A DNA stretch of 64,000 nucleotides from Chlorobiota bacterium (GCA_044228285.1 JBGAVD010000006.1:66077-130076); one strand, 5' to 3'. Positions 19,007-28,555 are shown, counted from the first letter of the stretch. Program-made: numbers and translations. The notes: generated from the sequence alone by a model not told the origin.

Positions 19007-20809
19007 TTATCGCAGAATACTAATTGGTGTAACAGCGCGCTGGCGGTCGTCGATCATGGAGAGTAGATACATTCCGTTTGCAACTGCGCTTATGTCCATG
19101 AGAGAACTTATATCAGCAGCACTCACGATACCGCGAGCTACTACTTCGCCATGGATATTGTAGAGCTCGAGTTGTCGGTTGTGATTGGTTGCGTCACTAC
19201 AACGTACTTCGAGTTCATCGAGCAGTACCCGACAGCGCACGAGTGGCATTGCGTTTCTTGTGTATCCGTCAACACGTGTTGTGCGATGTTGCACTGTATA
19301 GCTATGGGCTACTTCTCGATTATGATGTATGCCAGAAATAGTATCGGCGGGAAGGTATGCGCGTACAAAATCGACTGTAGCTGATGTTGGATTCACGTCA
19401 ACCCGGATATGGCCTGTTCCGTCGAGCGTAAGGCCTTTGTATGCATCTGCATTTGCCAGCACACCTATGGTGTAGGTTGAATCGGCTGGCATTGGTACTT
19501 CTTGATAGACAATCCCGTCGAGTTCTTCGCGAGCGTAGAGGTGGTCGTGTCCTTGAAAGAAGATGTTCACGCCATATTTCACCATGAGTTGGTGGATGGG
19601 CATATCCCAGCCTGGACGCATCGTGTCGAATTTCCACTTTCCATTATCATAGCCACCCCATTCGAATCCCGGAGCTACAGCGATACCACCACGACCTTGT
19701 CCGCGGTTGTGGTGACAGAACACAAATTTGTGCGCTGCACTTGAGCCGGCAAGAGTTTGCTTGAGCCAGTCGTACTGAACTTTGCCGAGCGACCAATCCC
19801 AGTTCGTCGGTTTCTCGTTGACATCGCAATCACGATAGACGTCAAGCACCACAAAGAGTGCGTCGCCCCAGGTCCATGCGTAGTAGTTCGCTGGGAGGTC
19901 AATGCCAAAACCTTCCGAGACAGCATTGCCAGTGTAAAAGTTGTTGGGCATTGGATTTGGGTAATAGTATTTGCGCCAAAGCGTACCGTAGACGGCAATG
20001 TTGTTCGGCGGGTTTTGTTTGAGGTAGTAGCCGTTTTCTCCTTCGTGATTGCCGAGGCACACATAGAACGGCATGGAATGACATACAGCGCTCAAGTATT
20101 GCACATAGTCTTTGTGCAACGCTTTCATGTCGTCACTGGTGGTAGTAGTTGGCGTATGATCGTCACCGAAAATATCGCCGAGGCTTAACAGAAAGTCGGC
20201 GGAGTCGCGCGCTTCGTTGTCAAGCGTAATCTTATACATATCTCGCACACCTTTTTTGTCGTAGAGGTGTTCATCTGCTTCCACAAGAAAGCGGAACGAG
20301 GAGCCAGGACGACGCTGAGTGTGAAAGGTGTATTCACTCGTCGAGCTGTAGTTGCTTGAACCGTGGGTGGCGTAGTGAATTTGATAGAAGTATCGTGTGT
20401 CTGGTTTGAGATTAGTGAAAAGAACCAAATCCGGAACGTTTGCCAAACTGGCTCGAGGAGGAATAGTGTCGGTGTATGTGCCGGCTTTGAGACCGTACAC
20501 ACATTCAAAGTCCATTGCTTGTGAGAACAGCACACTGGCAGTTACTGTGTTATCGGTCGGACGACCAAGGATGATCATTGGAGCTTGGGCGTCGAGCTGT
20601 ACCGTGTTCGCAAAGAAAACCATACAGAATGTACCAAGTAGTTTAGCGACGGTGTACAGAATATCGAGTTGTTGCTTCTGTGCGCGTAGAGCAAGAGCCA
20701 TAGCGAAAAGGATAGGTTTGGAAGTTGAGTCTGTGGATAAGACGACATTTCTGAATGCATCTGGCGCACTGTGCGACATTTTTCTTTTCAGCGACTCATA
20801 CAGCACCAC
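19007..20809 (-). CDS. Second, paralogous secreted metallophosphoesterase with T9SS-like C-terminus
   Basis: ADEH, LGD, GNHE, FCH, QGHDH; shares NYYAW.WGDALF.VLD and W.LGKVQYDWLK.TL with its neighbour. The true start is probably downstream (e.g. M at 20701). Confidence 0.85.
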   Translation of the reverse strand: MVLYESLKRKMSHSAPDAFRNVVLSTDSTSKPILFAMALALRAQKQQLDILYTVAKLLGTFCMVFFANTVQLDAQAPMIILGRPTDNTVTASVLFSQAMDFECVYGLKAGTYTDTIPPRASLANVPDLVLFTNLKPDTRYFYQIHYATHGSSNYSSTSEYTFHTQRRPGSSFRFLVEADEHLYDKKGVRDMYKITLDNEARDSADFLLSLGDIFGDDHTPTTTTSDDMKALHKDYVQYLSAVCHSMPFYVCLGNHEGENGYYLKQNPPNNIAVYGTLWRKYYYPNPMPNNFYTGNAVSEGFGIDLPANYYAWTWGDALFVVLDVYRDCDVNEKPTNWDWSLGKVQYDWLKQTLAGSSAAHKFVFCHHNRGQGRGGIAVAPGFEWGGYDNGKWKFDTMRPGWDMPIHQLMVKYGVNIFFQGHDHLYAREELDGIVYQEVPMPADSTYTIGVLANADAYKGLTLDGTGHIRVDVNPTSATVDFVRAYLPADTISGIHHNREVAHSYTVQHRTTRVDGYTRNAMPLVRCRVLLDELEVRCSDATNHNRQLELYNIHGEVVARGIVSAADISSLMDISAVANGMYLLSMIDDRQRAVTPISILR

Positions 20810-20886
20810 TCAAGGAGAATTCGCGGTAACACATATAGCTGGCAGTGCTACGTCCCTCTGCTTTTCAGCTGCGCATCATGTGCGAT

Positions 20887-22134
20887 TCACTCTCCAGTCT
20901 CCACAACAAGCTTCTTGCTGATCCACTCATGTGCGTTTAGTAGAAGTACATAGTATATACCTGGGACCGTTTGCGGAAGAGTAACGGTGGTGAAATCACG
21001 ATCCAAATCAAGGACTATCTGACCGAGCATATTGACTATGACTAGTCGCTGCATATCCGCGACGGCATTGCGATCCTTGAACTCTAAGCAAAATTCTCGG
21101 CGTGTTGGATTCGGAATGATTCGGAGCTTGTCTCCGTCAGTGGCATCATGTACTGAGGAACTGGCAATGCCTATCATCTTCCGCACAATGACCAGGTTGT
21201 CGAGTATGACATTGGTGCTCCATATGAACTCTGCGTCGTGAGTGGCGTCATCAAAGACTTGCGTGAAGTTGGTATAGGCAGGCTTATTGTCAACTCCAAT
21301 CTCAGCATTGGTATATGTTGTTGCGTCTGGCCATTGTGTGGCATCAAAGTCAGAGCTCATCCAGTTGGTAGGCACAGGCCAATGAAGCGCATAGAACTGC
21401 GAGCCATTGGCGACGTCTTGAGTGCTGCAGTTGTTGGAGAGTCGGAGGTTGGCGACTTCAGTTGGGCACGTAAGATCGCTAATAGGTGATGTATAAAAGG
21501 TCTGTGCTTTCCAGCTCGCATCCGTGATATCAATCACTGCATTTGAAGCATCTTTGAACGCGGCAACTATTCCCCCATCTCCATAGTGATAGGCAAAGCC
21601 ATTGCTATTTTCTGCTCCTAAGCCCAAGTGCTCCTCCCAATCAACGAGTAACAGCGCTACCAGAAATGGCTTACGAACGCGGAAGCGCACGATGCTTGAG
21701 TTGAATTGTGTGTAAGGAACTCTGTCTTTGCCAATTGCCACACCATTGACATACATTTCAAAGTAGTTGTCCGCAAAGATGAAGGCGGTGATGACTTCGC
21801 CATCTGGATCGACAGTGATTATATCCGTTCCATCAAGTGAATTCAACGCAGCACTAACATTTGCAAAGGTTTTACCAGTGCAACTATTGTGCAAGTCAGA
21901 GGCAAAAGGAAAGCCAGGATCGGTGAAATGCGTGGCCGCTGGGACTGTCCATACGGTTTTGTCGAGTGCGACAATTGAGCCAACACCACCAATACGACCA
22001 CCAGCGCAGTTGTATAAGTTTGCTGTCTCAGTCGTTGCTAAGCCCTGCGACACCGAAGCACTTCCTTTGTATTGGGCTTGAGTTGCGAAGCAACTCAAGA
22101 GCAGAGCAAGTCCTATGAGTAGTATTCGATGCAT
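20887..22134 (-). CDS. Secreted Cys/Asp-rich beta-sandwich protein of unknown function with T9SS C-terminal domain
   Basis: Start at 22134 gives the signal peptide MHRILLIGLALLLSCFATQA-Q; FADNYFEMYVNG; IPNPT..NMLGQ..GIYYV..KKLVVE. Confidence 0.8.
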   Translation of the reverse strand: MHRILLIGLALLLSCFATQAQYKGSASVSQGLATTETANLYNCAGGRIGGVGSIVALDKTVWTVPAATHFTDPGFPFASDLHNSCTGKTFANVSAALNSLDGTDIITVDPDGEVITAFIFADNYFEMYVNGVAIGKDRVPYTQFNSSIVRFRVRKPFLVALLLVDWEEHLGLGAENSNGFAYHYGDGGIVAAFKDASNAVIDITDASWKAQTFYTSPISDLTCPTEVANLRLSNNCSTQDVANGSQFYALHWPVPTNWMSSDFDATQWPDATTYTNAEIGVDNKPAYTNFTQVFDDATHDAEFIWSTNVILDNLVIVRKMIGIASSSVHDATDGDKLRIIPNPTRREFCLEFKDRNAVADMQRLVIVNMLGQIVLDLDRDFTTVTLPQTVPGIYYVLLLNAHEWISKKLVVETGE

Positions 22135-22162
22135 GCGTTGAGTCCTCGCTGTAAAGCAATAG

Positions 22163-22789
22163 TTAGTGAGGAGCGTTGTTCGGACGATCGTCACGTGGAC
22201 GTTCGTTGTCGTCTTGACGACCTGGCGGACGACCATCACTGCGACGACGTCGATCGTCACGTCCCCCATAGCCTCGCTTGCCATGTCGCGGATTCGGTCG
22301 AAAGTAGTCGCGAATATCTTTCACGAGTCTTTCAAACTTCTTCGCTTGTTCTTTTGTACAGATTTCTTTGAAGGCCTTGGCTTGATCGTAGCGTAGCATT
22401 TCCATTGCATACTCATTGTCGGCCACGCGTCGAGCCAATGCTTGCACAAGAGCATCATCTGTTGAGGCATGGAACATCGATGCATTCATGGAGTCGCGCT
22501 CATCGCGGATGTGTTGTGAAAGCTCACGTTCCTTTATGCGAAAGTCAGCGCGCAATTGTTCTATTCGTCGACATTGGTCATCTGTGAGATTCAGTTCAGA
22601 CTTGAGCACATCAGAAAGCTCAGCTTTTTCCTCGGTCGCAGGACGTTGCTCTTCGCGTTGAAGTTGCGCACTCGGCACATCATTGTGTTTCCATTCTTGC
22701 CATACTATTGCCCCAACAATGCAAGCATTAATCAGGACCAAGGCCATGACTAAGCGGAGTAATGTTCGATTTTGTTGAATAATATCCAT
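22163..22789 (-). CDS. Spy/CpxP/ZraP-like periplasmic (heavy-metal sensor-type) protein
   Basis: N-terminal TM; LNLTDDQ and ICTKEQ (LTxxQ motifs); helical; low-complexity RD/GRPP tail. Confidence 0.8.
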   Translation of the reverse strand: MDIIQQNRTLLRLVMALVLINACIVGAIVWQEWKHNDVPSAQLQREEQRPATEEKAELSDVLKSELNLTDDQCRRIEQLRADFRIKERELSQHIRDERDSMNASMFHASTDDALVQALARRVADNEYAMEMLRYDQAKAFKEICTKEQAKKFERLVKDIRDYFRPNPRHGKRGYGGRDDRRRRSDGRPPGRQDDNERPRDDRPNNAPH

Positions 22790-22800
22790 AGAGCTCTACA

Positions 22801-23121
22801 TCAGTGTGATTGAATAAGGAACTCTTTAGCAATAGCGGAGTAGGCTGCAGCCTGTGCTTCTGTGTAGTCCGGCGTTGAAGGCGCATCATGCCGTAACACT
22901 TGCTTTGCGGCCCATATGTTCGCGATGACCACCAGGCAGAGACTCAAGTTGGTCAGCAACGCACGAGTTTGCGACGGCTTGCGCGAACTCCTCTCCTGTG
23001 CACGTTGAAGCAGCGTCGAAGTCCATTCGTCACGCACAGCCAAGCTTGGTAACTGCTCGAATTCTTCCAAGCTTTCGCGCAGAAGTTGTTTGTTGATCGT
23101 AGTGTGTTTTGAGTGTTTCAT
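22801..23121 (-). CDS. Small single-TM protein, putative anti-sigma factor
   Basis: Directly downstream of the ECF sigma; cytoplasmic N-terminus, one TM (LLTNLSLCLVVIANIWAA). Confidence 0.65.
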   Translation of the reverse strand: MKHSKHTTINKQLLRESLEEFEQLPSLAVRDEWTSTLLQRAQERSSRKPSQTRALLTNLSLCLVVIANIWAAKQVLRHDAPSTPDYTEAQAAAYSAIAKEFLIQSH

Positions 23122-23136
23122 GAGAGTCTTAGTGTA

Positions 23137-23165
23137 TTGGACGATTAATTAAGATAGAACTAGCG
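23137..23165 (-). promoter_or_regulatory. Candidate ECF-type promoter for the downstream operon
   Basis: CGCTAG-N16-CGTCCAA immediately after the sigma stop codon; a CGTC -10 element is typical of ECF promoters. Confidence 0.3.
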
Positions 23166-23167
23166 CT

Positions 23168-23761
23168 CTACGAATCGTTGCTGAGAACTTTTCGCAATTC
23201 GCTACTCAATTTCTGCTTCGCCCGATAAATCATTGAGTCCACTGCTACAGTTGTAGTCTTCATGATTTCCGCGATTTCTTGGCTTGTACATCCTTCTATT
23301 TTGCTCAAGCTGAATGCCACGCGCTGGTTGTCGGGTAGCGTATTGAGTAGTTTCTCCAGTGCTTTCATTCGTTCGGCTTCGCGGAGAGTGGCATCGGCTG
23401 CGGGACCGCCGGGAAGGCTATCGCTCAGCTCGTCAACCGACAAAAACTTCGTAAATGCCTCGAAGCGTTTGGCACGCTTCCGTCTTTTTAGCTCATCCAG
23501 TGAGCGACTTACAGCTATGCGGTACAGCCAGGTAGACAGCTTTGAATCTCCGCGAAAACTGTCTATAGATTGCAGCACTTCGATAAACACTTCCTGCGCT
23601 ACATCCTCTGCATCTTGCTGGTTCAACAACATCCGGTAGCAGGTGTTTATCACGGAACGCGCATGCAGACGCAACAACTCAGCATAGGCTGCGTTATTCG
23701 CTCGCTTCAATTCACGTACAAGTACCGCTTCTTCTATCATTGAAACATCTGTAACAGGCAA
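23168..23761 (-). CDS. ECF RNA polymerase sigma-70 factor
   Basis: DAEDVAQEVF, FRGDSKLSTWLYRIA (region 2); LPDNQR..EIAEIM..VDSMIYRAK (region 4). Confidence 0.95.
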   Translation of the reverse strand: MPVTDVSMIEEAVLVRELKRANNAAYAELLRLHARSVINTCYRMLLNQQDAEDVAQEVFIEVLQSIDSFRGDSKLSTWLYRIAVSRSLDELKRRKRAKRFEAFTKFLSVDELSDSLPGGPAADATLREAERMKALEKLLNTLPDNQRVAFSLSKIEGCTSQEIAEIMKTTTVAVDSMIYRAKQKLSSELRKVLSNDS

Positions 23762-23827
23762 GCATCTCTACCGCCTTATCTCAAGAGTCTATTTCTTACA
23801 CGCGCGCTCCGCGTATGTCGGATTATA

Positions 23828-23856
23828 GGAACAAAAAACATGGCTTTTGGTTACAG
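23828..23856 (-). promoter_or_regulatory. Candidate ECF promoter TGTAAC-N16-TGTT upstream of the sigma gene
   Basis: Minus strand CTGTAACCAAAAGCCATGTTTTTTGTTCC; the same geometry recurs at 63967-63995. Confidence 0.45.
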
Positions 23857-23874
23857 CCGATGAGAGCTAGGCTG

Positions 23875-24527
23875 CTACGAAGCGAGTTGTGGTAGAAGTT
23901 CAAGCACTTTCAGCGGCTTCTCGGCAATGAGTTCCACGCCATGCTCGCGTAGTACGTCCGCGCTTCCATAGATATAGCTCCCTCCGATAGCAGCCATAGT
24001 CTGGGCACGCGCCCTAAGCGCATCATTCTTCTTTTCACCAAACATAACGCACGAGCTGCTATGCAGCGAGTGCAATGAAAGAACTTCTCTGATGACCTCT
24101 GCTTTGTGGTGCGGGTGTTATCGATGTTACTGACGACCACTTCGCGGAACGAGTGACGCAAGCCAAAGTGCAGCAGCATCTGTGCACAAAAGACTGTTGG
24201 CTTTGAACTTGCCAAGTAGATGTTGTGTCCGGCTATGCTCAACAGTTCACGTAACTTCGGAATGCCGTCATACACAAGGTTTTCAAAGAGCACGAGCTCA
24301 TACTAATACTCGCTCTAATACTCGACGGCGGTGTTGCCTTGCTCAAGGCTCAGATGGTGGCATAGCAGAAAGGAGTCAAGTAGTGGAAGTGCTATGAACT
24401 GCCGCAACTCTTCTGGTCGCCGATCTTCAATTCCCATCTTCCCAACTGCATAACACACGGAGTTGATGAAGCCCTCTTTTGGGTTGGTCAAGTTTCCATC
24501 AAGATCGAACAACAACGGACGAGTCAC
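23875..24527 (-). pseudogene. Disrupted HAD-superfamily hydrolase (Gph/5'-nucleotidase-like)
   Basis: LLFDLDGNL motif I; two in-frame TAG stops (AVEY*SEY*YELVLFEN); ASSKP; frameshift near 24100 before KAEVIREVL; motif IV decayed (MFGEKKND). Confidence 0.85.
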
Positions 24528-25846
24528 GATTTAGTCGTGCCTCCCGAGATACGCATCAGACGCTCGCATATCTGCGTTTTAGCTACCGGATGCTTGCACA
24601 CATCTACTGCTCTCTGCAAGCAACGAAGTTGTTCGCTACTCCCTTCCTCCTGTAGTTCCGCTTCAACCAGATAGCTATAGTGGTCGTTGAGAACAAGCTT
24701 CTCTTGACGGAGTTTTTCGAGTGCCGCTTTTGCTATCGTATTTCCTTGTACCTTGGAGAGAGCGAGGATGCGATTGAGTGCGACAAGTGGGCTCTTTTTC
24801 TGAAGCAGTAGAAGGTCATAGAGAGCCAGGATATTCTGCCATTTTTCTGGACTGTCGACATGTTGGGTATGCCAGTAGGCAATGGTGGCTTCGAGATGGA
24901 AGTCGCTGAGCTGCGAACCTTGCGAGGCATGATGTAGATACCAGACGCCTCGTTGAATGAGTTCTGCATCCCACAAGGATGGATCTTGTTGCGCATACAG
25001 AATCAACTCTGCAGTCGCGCTGCGACGTGCCGCGAAGCGAGACGACTGAAAGCACATCAGCGCGTAGAGTGCATGCACTGATGGACTGTTACCTAGCTTG
25101 TGCTTCATCAGGAGTTCCACAAGATGCATGGCTTCTGCGCAGAGGTCTTCACGCAGAATAGCGTCGTTGCTTTCGGAGTAATATCCTTCGCTGAAGAGGA
25201 GGTACAAAGTTGTACAGACAGTATGCAGGCGTGTTGCTAACTCTGTATTGGAGGGTAAGGTGATACTAATATCGCTGTCTCTGAGAATCGCCTTTCCGCG
25301 TCTTAGTCGACGTTCAACCGCATCTGTGCTACTCAAGAGAGCTGTTGCTATTTCTGCGGCATTGAGTCCGCAAAGCAGCCTCAACGACAACGCGATCTGC
25401 GTTGCTTCTGGTAAACGTGGATGACAGCATACAAAGAGCATTGAGAGCTCGGCATCGAGAATCTGCTCGTCTGACCAATCCCAGATTTCGTTTGTGTGTA
25501 GGTCTTGGTTAAGACTCTCTTGCACGAGTTGCGGAGCAACTCGTTGTTGAAAGACAGTCTGTCGAAGCCATGCATTCGTCGCCAAGTTCTTTGCTACAGT
25601 GTACAACCATGCAGTTGGTTGAGGCGGAAGACCCTGGTAGGTCCAGCGTTCCAAGGCCCGAAGAAAAACCTCGCTGACGATATCTTCAGCGAGGTCCATG
25701 TACTCTGCTCCATAGCGTCTGCACAACATTGCGCAGATCCGCCGCGACTCCGTACGAAACAAGTGCGGTATTAATTCCGGGACCGCTGAAGTTTGAGCTG
25801 TCGCGGATGACGCTGCAACCGAAAGATGATGCTTAGTGGACTCCAT
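24524..25846 (-). CDS. ECF sigma factor with long C-terminal extension (ECF42-like)
   Basis: AEDIVSEVF..WLYTVAKN; MLFVCCHPRL; LYLLFSEGY; QDPSLWD; W..IL.LYD.L..SPLVALNR; translationally coupled to the YCII gene. Confidence 0.88.
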   Translation of the reverse strand: MESTKHHLSVAASSATAQTSAVPELIPHLFRTESRRICAMLCRRYGAEYMDLAEDIVSEVFLRALERWTYQGLPPQPTAWLYTVAKNLATNAWLRQTVFQQRVAPQLVQESLNQDLHTNEIWDWSDEQILDAELSMLFVCCHPRLPEATQIALSLRLLCGLNAAEIATALLSSTDAVERRLRRGKAILRDSDISITLPSNTELATRLHTVCTTLYLLFSEGYYSESNDAILREDLCAEAMHLVELLMKHKLGNSPSVHALYALMCFQSSRFAARRSATAELILYAQQDPSLWDAELIQRGVWYLHHASQGSQLSDFHLEATIAYWHTQHVDSPEKWQNILALYDLLLLQKKSPLVALNRILALSKVQGNTIAKAALEKLRQEKLVLNDHYSYLVEAELQEEGSSEQLRCLQRAVDVCKHPVAKTQICERLMRISGGTTKS

Positions 25847-26186
25847 CGTCGGCCGCAATGAGACGCACTTCGACGGTGTTGCCCATACCTTGGAGCACCG
25901 GACATCCCTTAGCATGTTCCGCTGCTTCATCGACTGTTGCACAACGCACAACAATGTAGCCGCCAATGGTTTCCTTGATATCACCAAATGGCCCGTTAGT
26001 CACGGTCTTGTCAGAATGCACCACTCGCGCTTCACTTTGTGGCAAACCACAGCCTCGCACAAAAGCGTTCTGCGCTGCTATGCCTGCAATCCAATCCATG
26101 GTCTGTTGCATCCAGACTTGCATCTGTTCTGGTGAAGCAATCTTAGAACCGTCTTCGTGACGAAAAATCAACATATACTCATTCAT
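25833..26186 (-). CDS. YCII/DGPF-family protein
   Basis: VTNGPFGDIKETIGGY, A..CP, VEVR; typical partner of ECF42-type sigma factors. Confidence 0.9.
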   Translation of the reverse strand: MNEYMLIFRHEDGSKIASPEQMQVWMQQTMDWIAGIAAQNAFVRGCGLPQSEARVVHSDKTVTNGPFGDIKETIGGYIVVRCATVDEAAEHAKGCPVLQGMGNTVEVRLIAADDGVH

Positions 26187-26505
26187 AAGTGGTGTAGGTA
26201 AGTGGATAGTACAGAAGCATAACAGTTGAAGTGGCTAAAAGCGGACACCTCGCTGCAAAATACTTTTCTCAACCCAGCTACGGAGTCTCGAGTTGCTAAG
26301 CCCCACCTGAGGCATACAACGCACCCGAGGGCAAAGGGAGAGCTTTGGAGCCAACCGGGTTGTGGCGTAGGAGGCAGTAGGACTGCTGGAGGCGAACAAA
26401 AATTTCAAGATGTTCGCTTGAGAACTCAGTTTGAATGTATGAGACCTCTTATTAGCTCCATAGCATAGCATCTGTATTGGACTGTAGCAGCTCTATATTT
26501 GCACG

Positions 26506-28182
26506 GTGAAACAACACTTGGAACAACGGCCACTTCTTGGACTATTGGGTATAGGTCTGGCGTGGACTCTGCTGCATCTTTTAAGTTGGCAAAGTGCCAA
26601 TTGGTCATTTGGTGACGACTTCGCCTATGGCGGTCCGGTGCAGCGCATGCTACAAACGGCGGAAATGCACTATACGGACTGGAGCAGCATGACCTTGGTG
26701 TTGCAAGTGTGGATGGGTGCTGCGGTTTCCATGCTCTTTGGTTTCTCCTATGATCACCTTCGCATCTTGAGCATGCTCCTGCAGCTTAGCGCGGTGTGCG
26801 CACTCTATCTTAGTGCGTTGCGACTGGGCATTCGCGCCATCTATGCGCTCTTCGCCGCAGTGTTGCTGCTCTTTCATCCGCTTTTTGTTGAACTGAGTCT
26901 GTGCTTTGATACCGACGTGCCTTTCTTAGGACTCTTCCTCTGGTCAGTGTTCTTCTTTCTCCGTTACCTACAAAGCCAACGCAGCGTTGACTTCATTTTT
27001 GCACAGCTCTTTTGTGTGGCTTCGTTTTATATACGCGACTTAGCAGTCATTCTGCCTCCTGCATTTGCCCTGGCAATACTTGTCCGCAGAGGTATAACCA
27101 CGCGTACTCTCATCAGCGCCTTTAGCAGCATCGCACTCATTGCCCTCGCCTACTTTGCCTGGCGCTGGTGGTTGGTGCACTATCACGGTTTGCCAGCGAA
27201 CATAGATTTTAGTCGTCAGCGTATGATCGAGACGTGGACCAACCCGCTGGCTTTAGCTTCAGCCTATGCACGCAATATTGTGTATGCCAGTAGTTACTTA
27301 GGCCTTGCGCTTCTGCCTCTCAGCGCTGCCTTTGCTCTGGGAGTATGGCGACAAAGTGCCATGCTATCACGGGTCGTTGCTATCTTCTTCTTCCTGATTA
27401 CCAGCACGGCTGTTCTAGTTAGTCCAGCTGCTTTTGAGCATTCTGTTGAGCAAATACTCAATCCCTTTGTGCCTTATGCTGATTTGCCAACAGTACACAC
27501 ACTAGCTTCGGCCGCAGTTCCAATGCCTGCATCGTGGCAACTAGTCTGTATGCTGCTTATCGGATGCATATCCACTGCTATCGTCGTGTTAGCTTTTCTT
27601 CCATCGCTGAGCCGACAGGAGGTACCTGCAGACATCACAGAGCGCAGCACTCATCTCTTCCTGCTAAGTGCAAGCATTGTATATGTCGTACTCATCTTTT
27701 CACAGTGGATTCTGAATCGTTACTACGTAGCAGTGCTCCCTCTGCTTCTCCTGCTGATCGTCCATCAACTTAAGCGACGGCACATCCACATACTTCCTTC
27801 TCAGCGCTGGCTTGTTGTCGCGTTGAGTGTTGTCTTTGTGTACCTAGGTCTTGCCAATGGCCACGACTTCATGCTGCATCAGAACGCGGCGGTGCGTATG
27901 TATCACTATGCTGAGGATGAGCTCAAACTCAAGCCTACGCAGGTAGATGGTGGCTTTAGTTATAACTCGTTACGACTCTACGACCACAATTATGTCGCCC
28001 CCAAGCACAAAAACTGGTGGTGGGTGCATGACGACGAGTACGTTATTAGCGAAGCGCCACTTGTTGGCATGCAAGAAATCTATCGCATTCAGTACCATCG
28101 TTGGTTACCCCCAGGCTATACAGCGGCAATCATTTTACAGCGAAATAGCAGAGAAAAACCATCTTCTGTTGTCCCACGCTAA
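26506..28182 (+). CDS. GT-C fold membrane glycosyltransferase (family 39/ArnT-like)
   Basis: DDFAY after the first TM, TDVPF, many TMs, NRYY, VDGGF. Confidence 0.75.
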   Translation: MKQHLEQRPLLGLLGIGLAWTLLHLLSWQSANWSFGDDFAYGGPVQRMLQTAEMHYTDWSSMTLVLQVWMGAAVSMLFGFSYDHLRILSMLLQLSAVCALYLSALRLGIRAIYALFAAVLLLFHPLFVELSLCFDTDVPFLGLFLWSVFFFLRYLQSQRSVDFIFAQLFCVASFYIRDLAVILPPAFALAILVRRGITTRTLISAFSSIALIALAYFAWRWWLVHYHGLPANIDFSRQRMIETWTNPLALASAYARNIVYASSYLGLALLPLSAAFALGVWRQSAMLSRVVAIFFFLITSTAVLVSPAAFEHSVEQILNPFVPYADLPTVHTLASAAVPMPASWQLVCMLLIGCISTAIVVLAFLPSLSRQEVPADITERSTHLFLLSASIVYVVLIFSQWILNRYYVAVLPLLLLLIVHQLKRRHIHILPSQRWLVVALSVVFVYLGLANGHDFMLHQNAAVRMYHYAEDELKLKPTQVDGGFSYNSLRLYDHNYVAPKHKNWWWVHDDEYVISEAPLVGMQEIYRIQYHRWLPPGYTAAIILQRNSREKPSSVVPR

Positions 28183-28526
28183 AAAAGTTTGCGCGCTCCA
28201 GAATTCACAGCTACATTGCGCCAGAGTCGCAAACAATCGGGGACAAAAGTTTGCGCACAGGGGAACAGCATCAACAGCCAGCAGGATCTCATTCACGAAG
28301 AACGTATCAAACCGAAGCACTTCCGCGCTTGGGTTGAATACTGTTTGCGAAGGATATGATCCCACGCGTTTCCAACTCTATTAGGCGTTTTATACTCGAC
28401 TAGTTTGTCAGCAAACAGCTCCAAGGCTGGACCTTTGATGAGAACATGAGAGTTTACAGTACATTTTCACATGGATAGTGAGCGATCCCCAATCCCCAAC
28501 AGAGGATTCTACATGGATTGTACCAG

Positions 28527-28555
28527 AAAGCGCAGCCTAGGCTGCGCTTTTTTTT
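28527..28555 (+). terminator. Rho-independent terminator
   Basis: AAAGCGCAGC-CTAG-GCTGCGCTTT ending in a T8 run. Confidence 0.85.

Noticed and set aside
12606-24527. Stop-codon reassignment suggested by in-frame TAGs in the MerR and HAD genes
   Set aside because: TAA stops and frameshifts also occur, and intact genes (yicC, the DUF1566 gene) end in TAG, so ordinary pseudogenisation explains it.
26280-26400. TPP-riboswitch-like words (CTGAG..ACCCG..GCGTAGG)
   Set aside because: The conserved AACCTGA core and stem spacing are missing, and the flanking genes are unrelated to thiamine.
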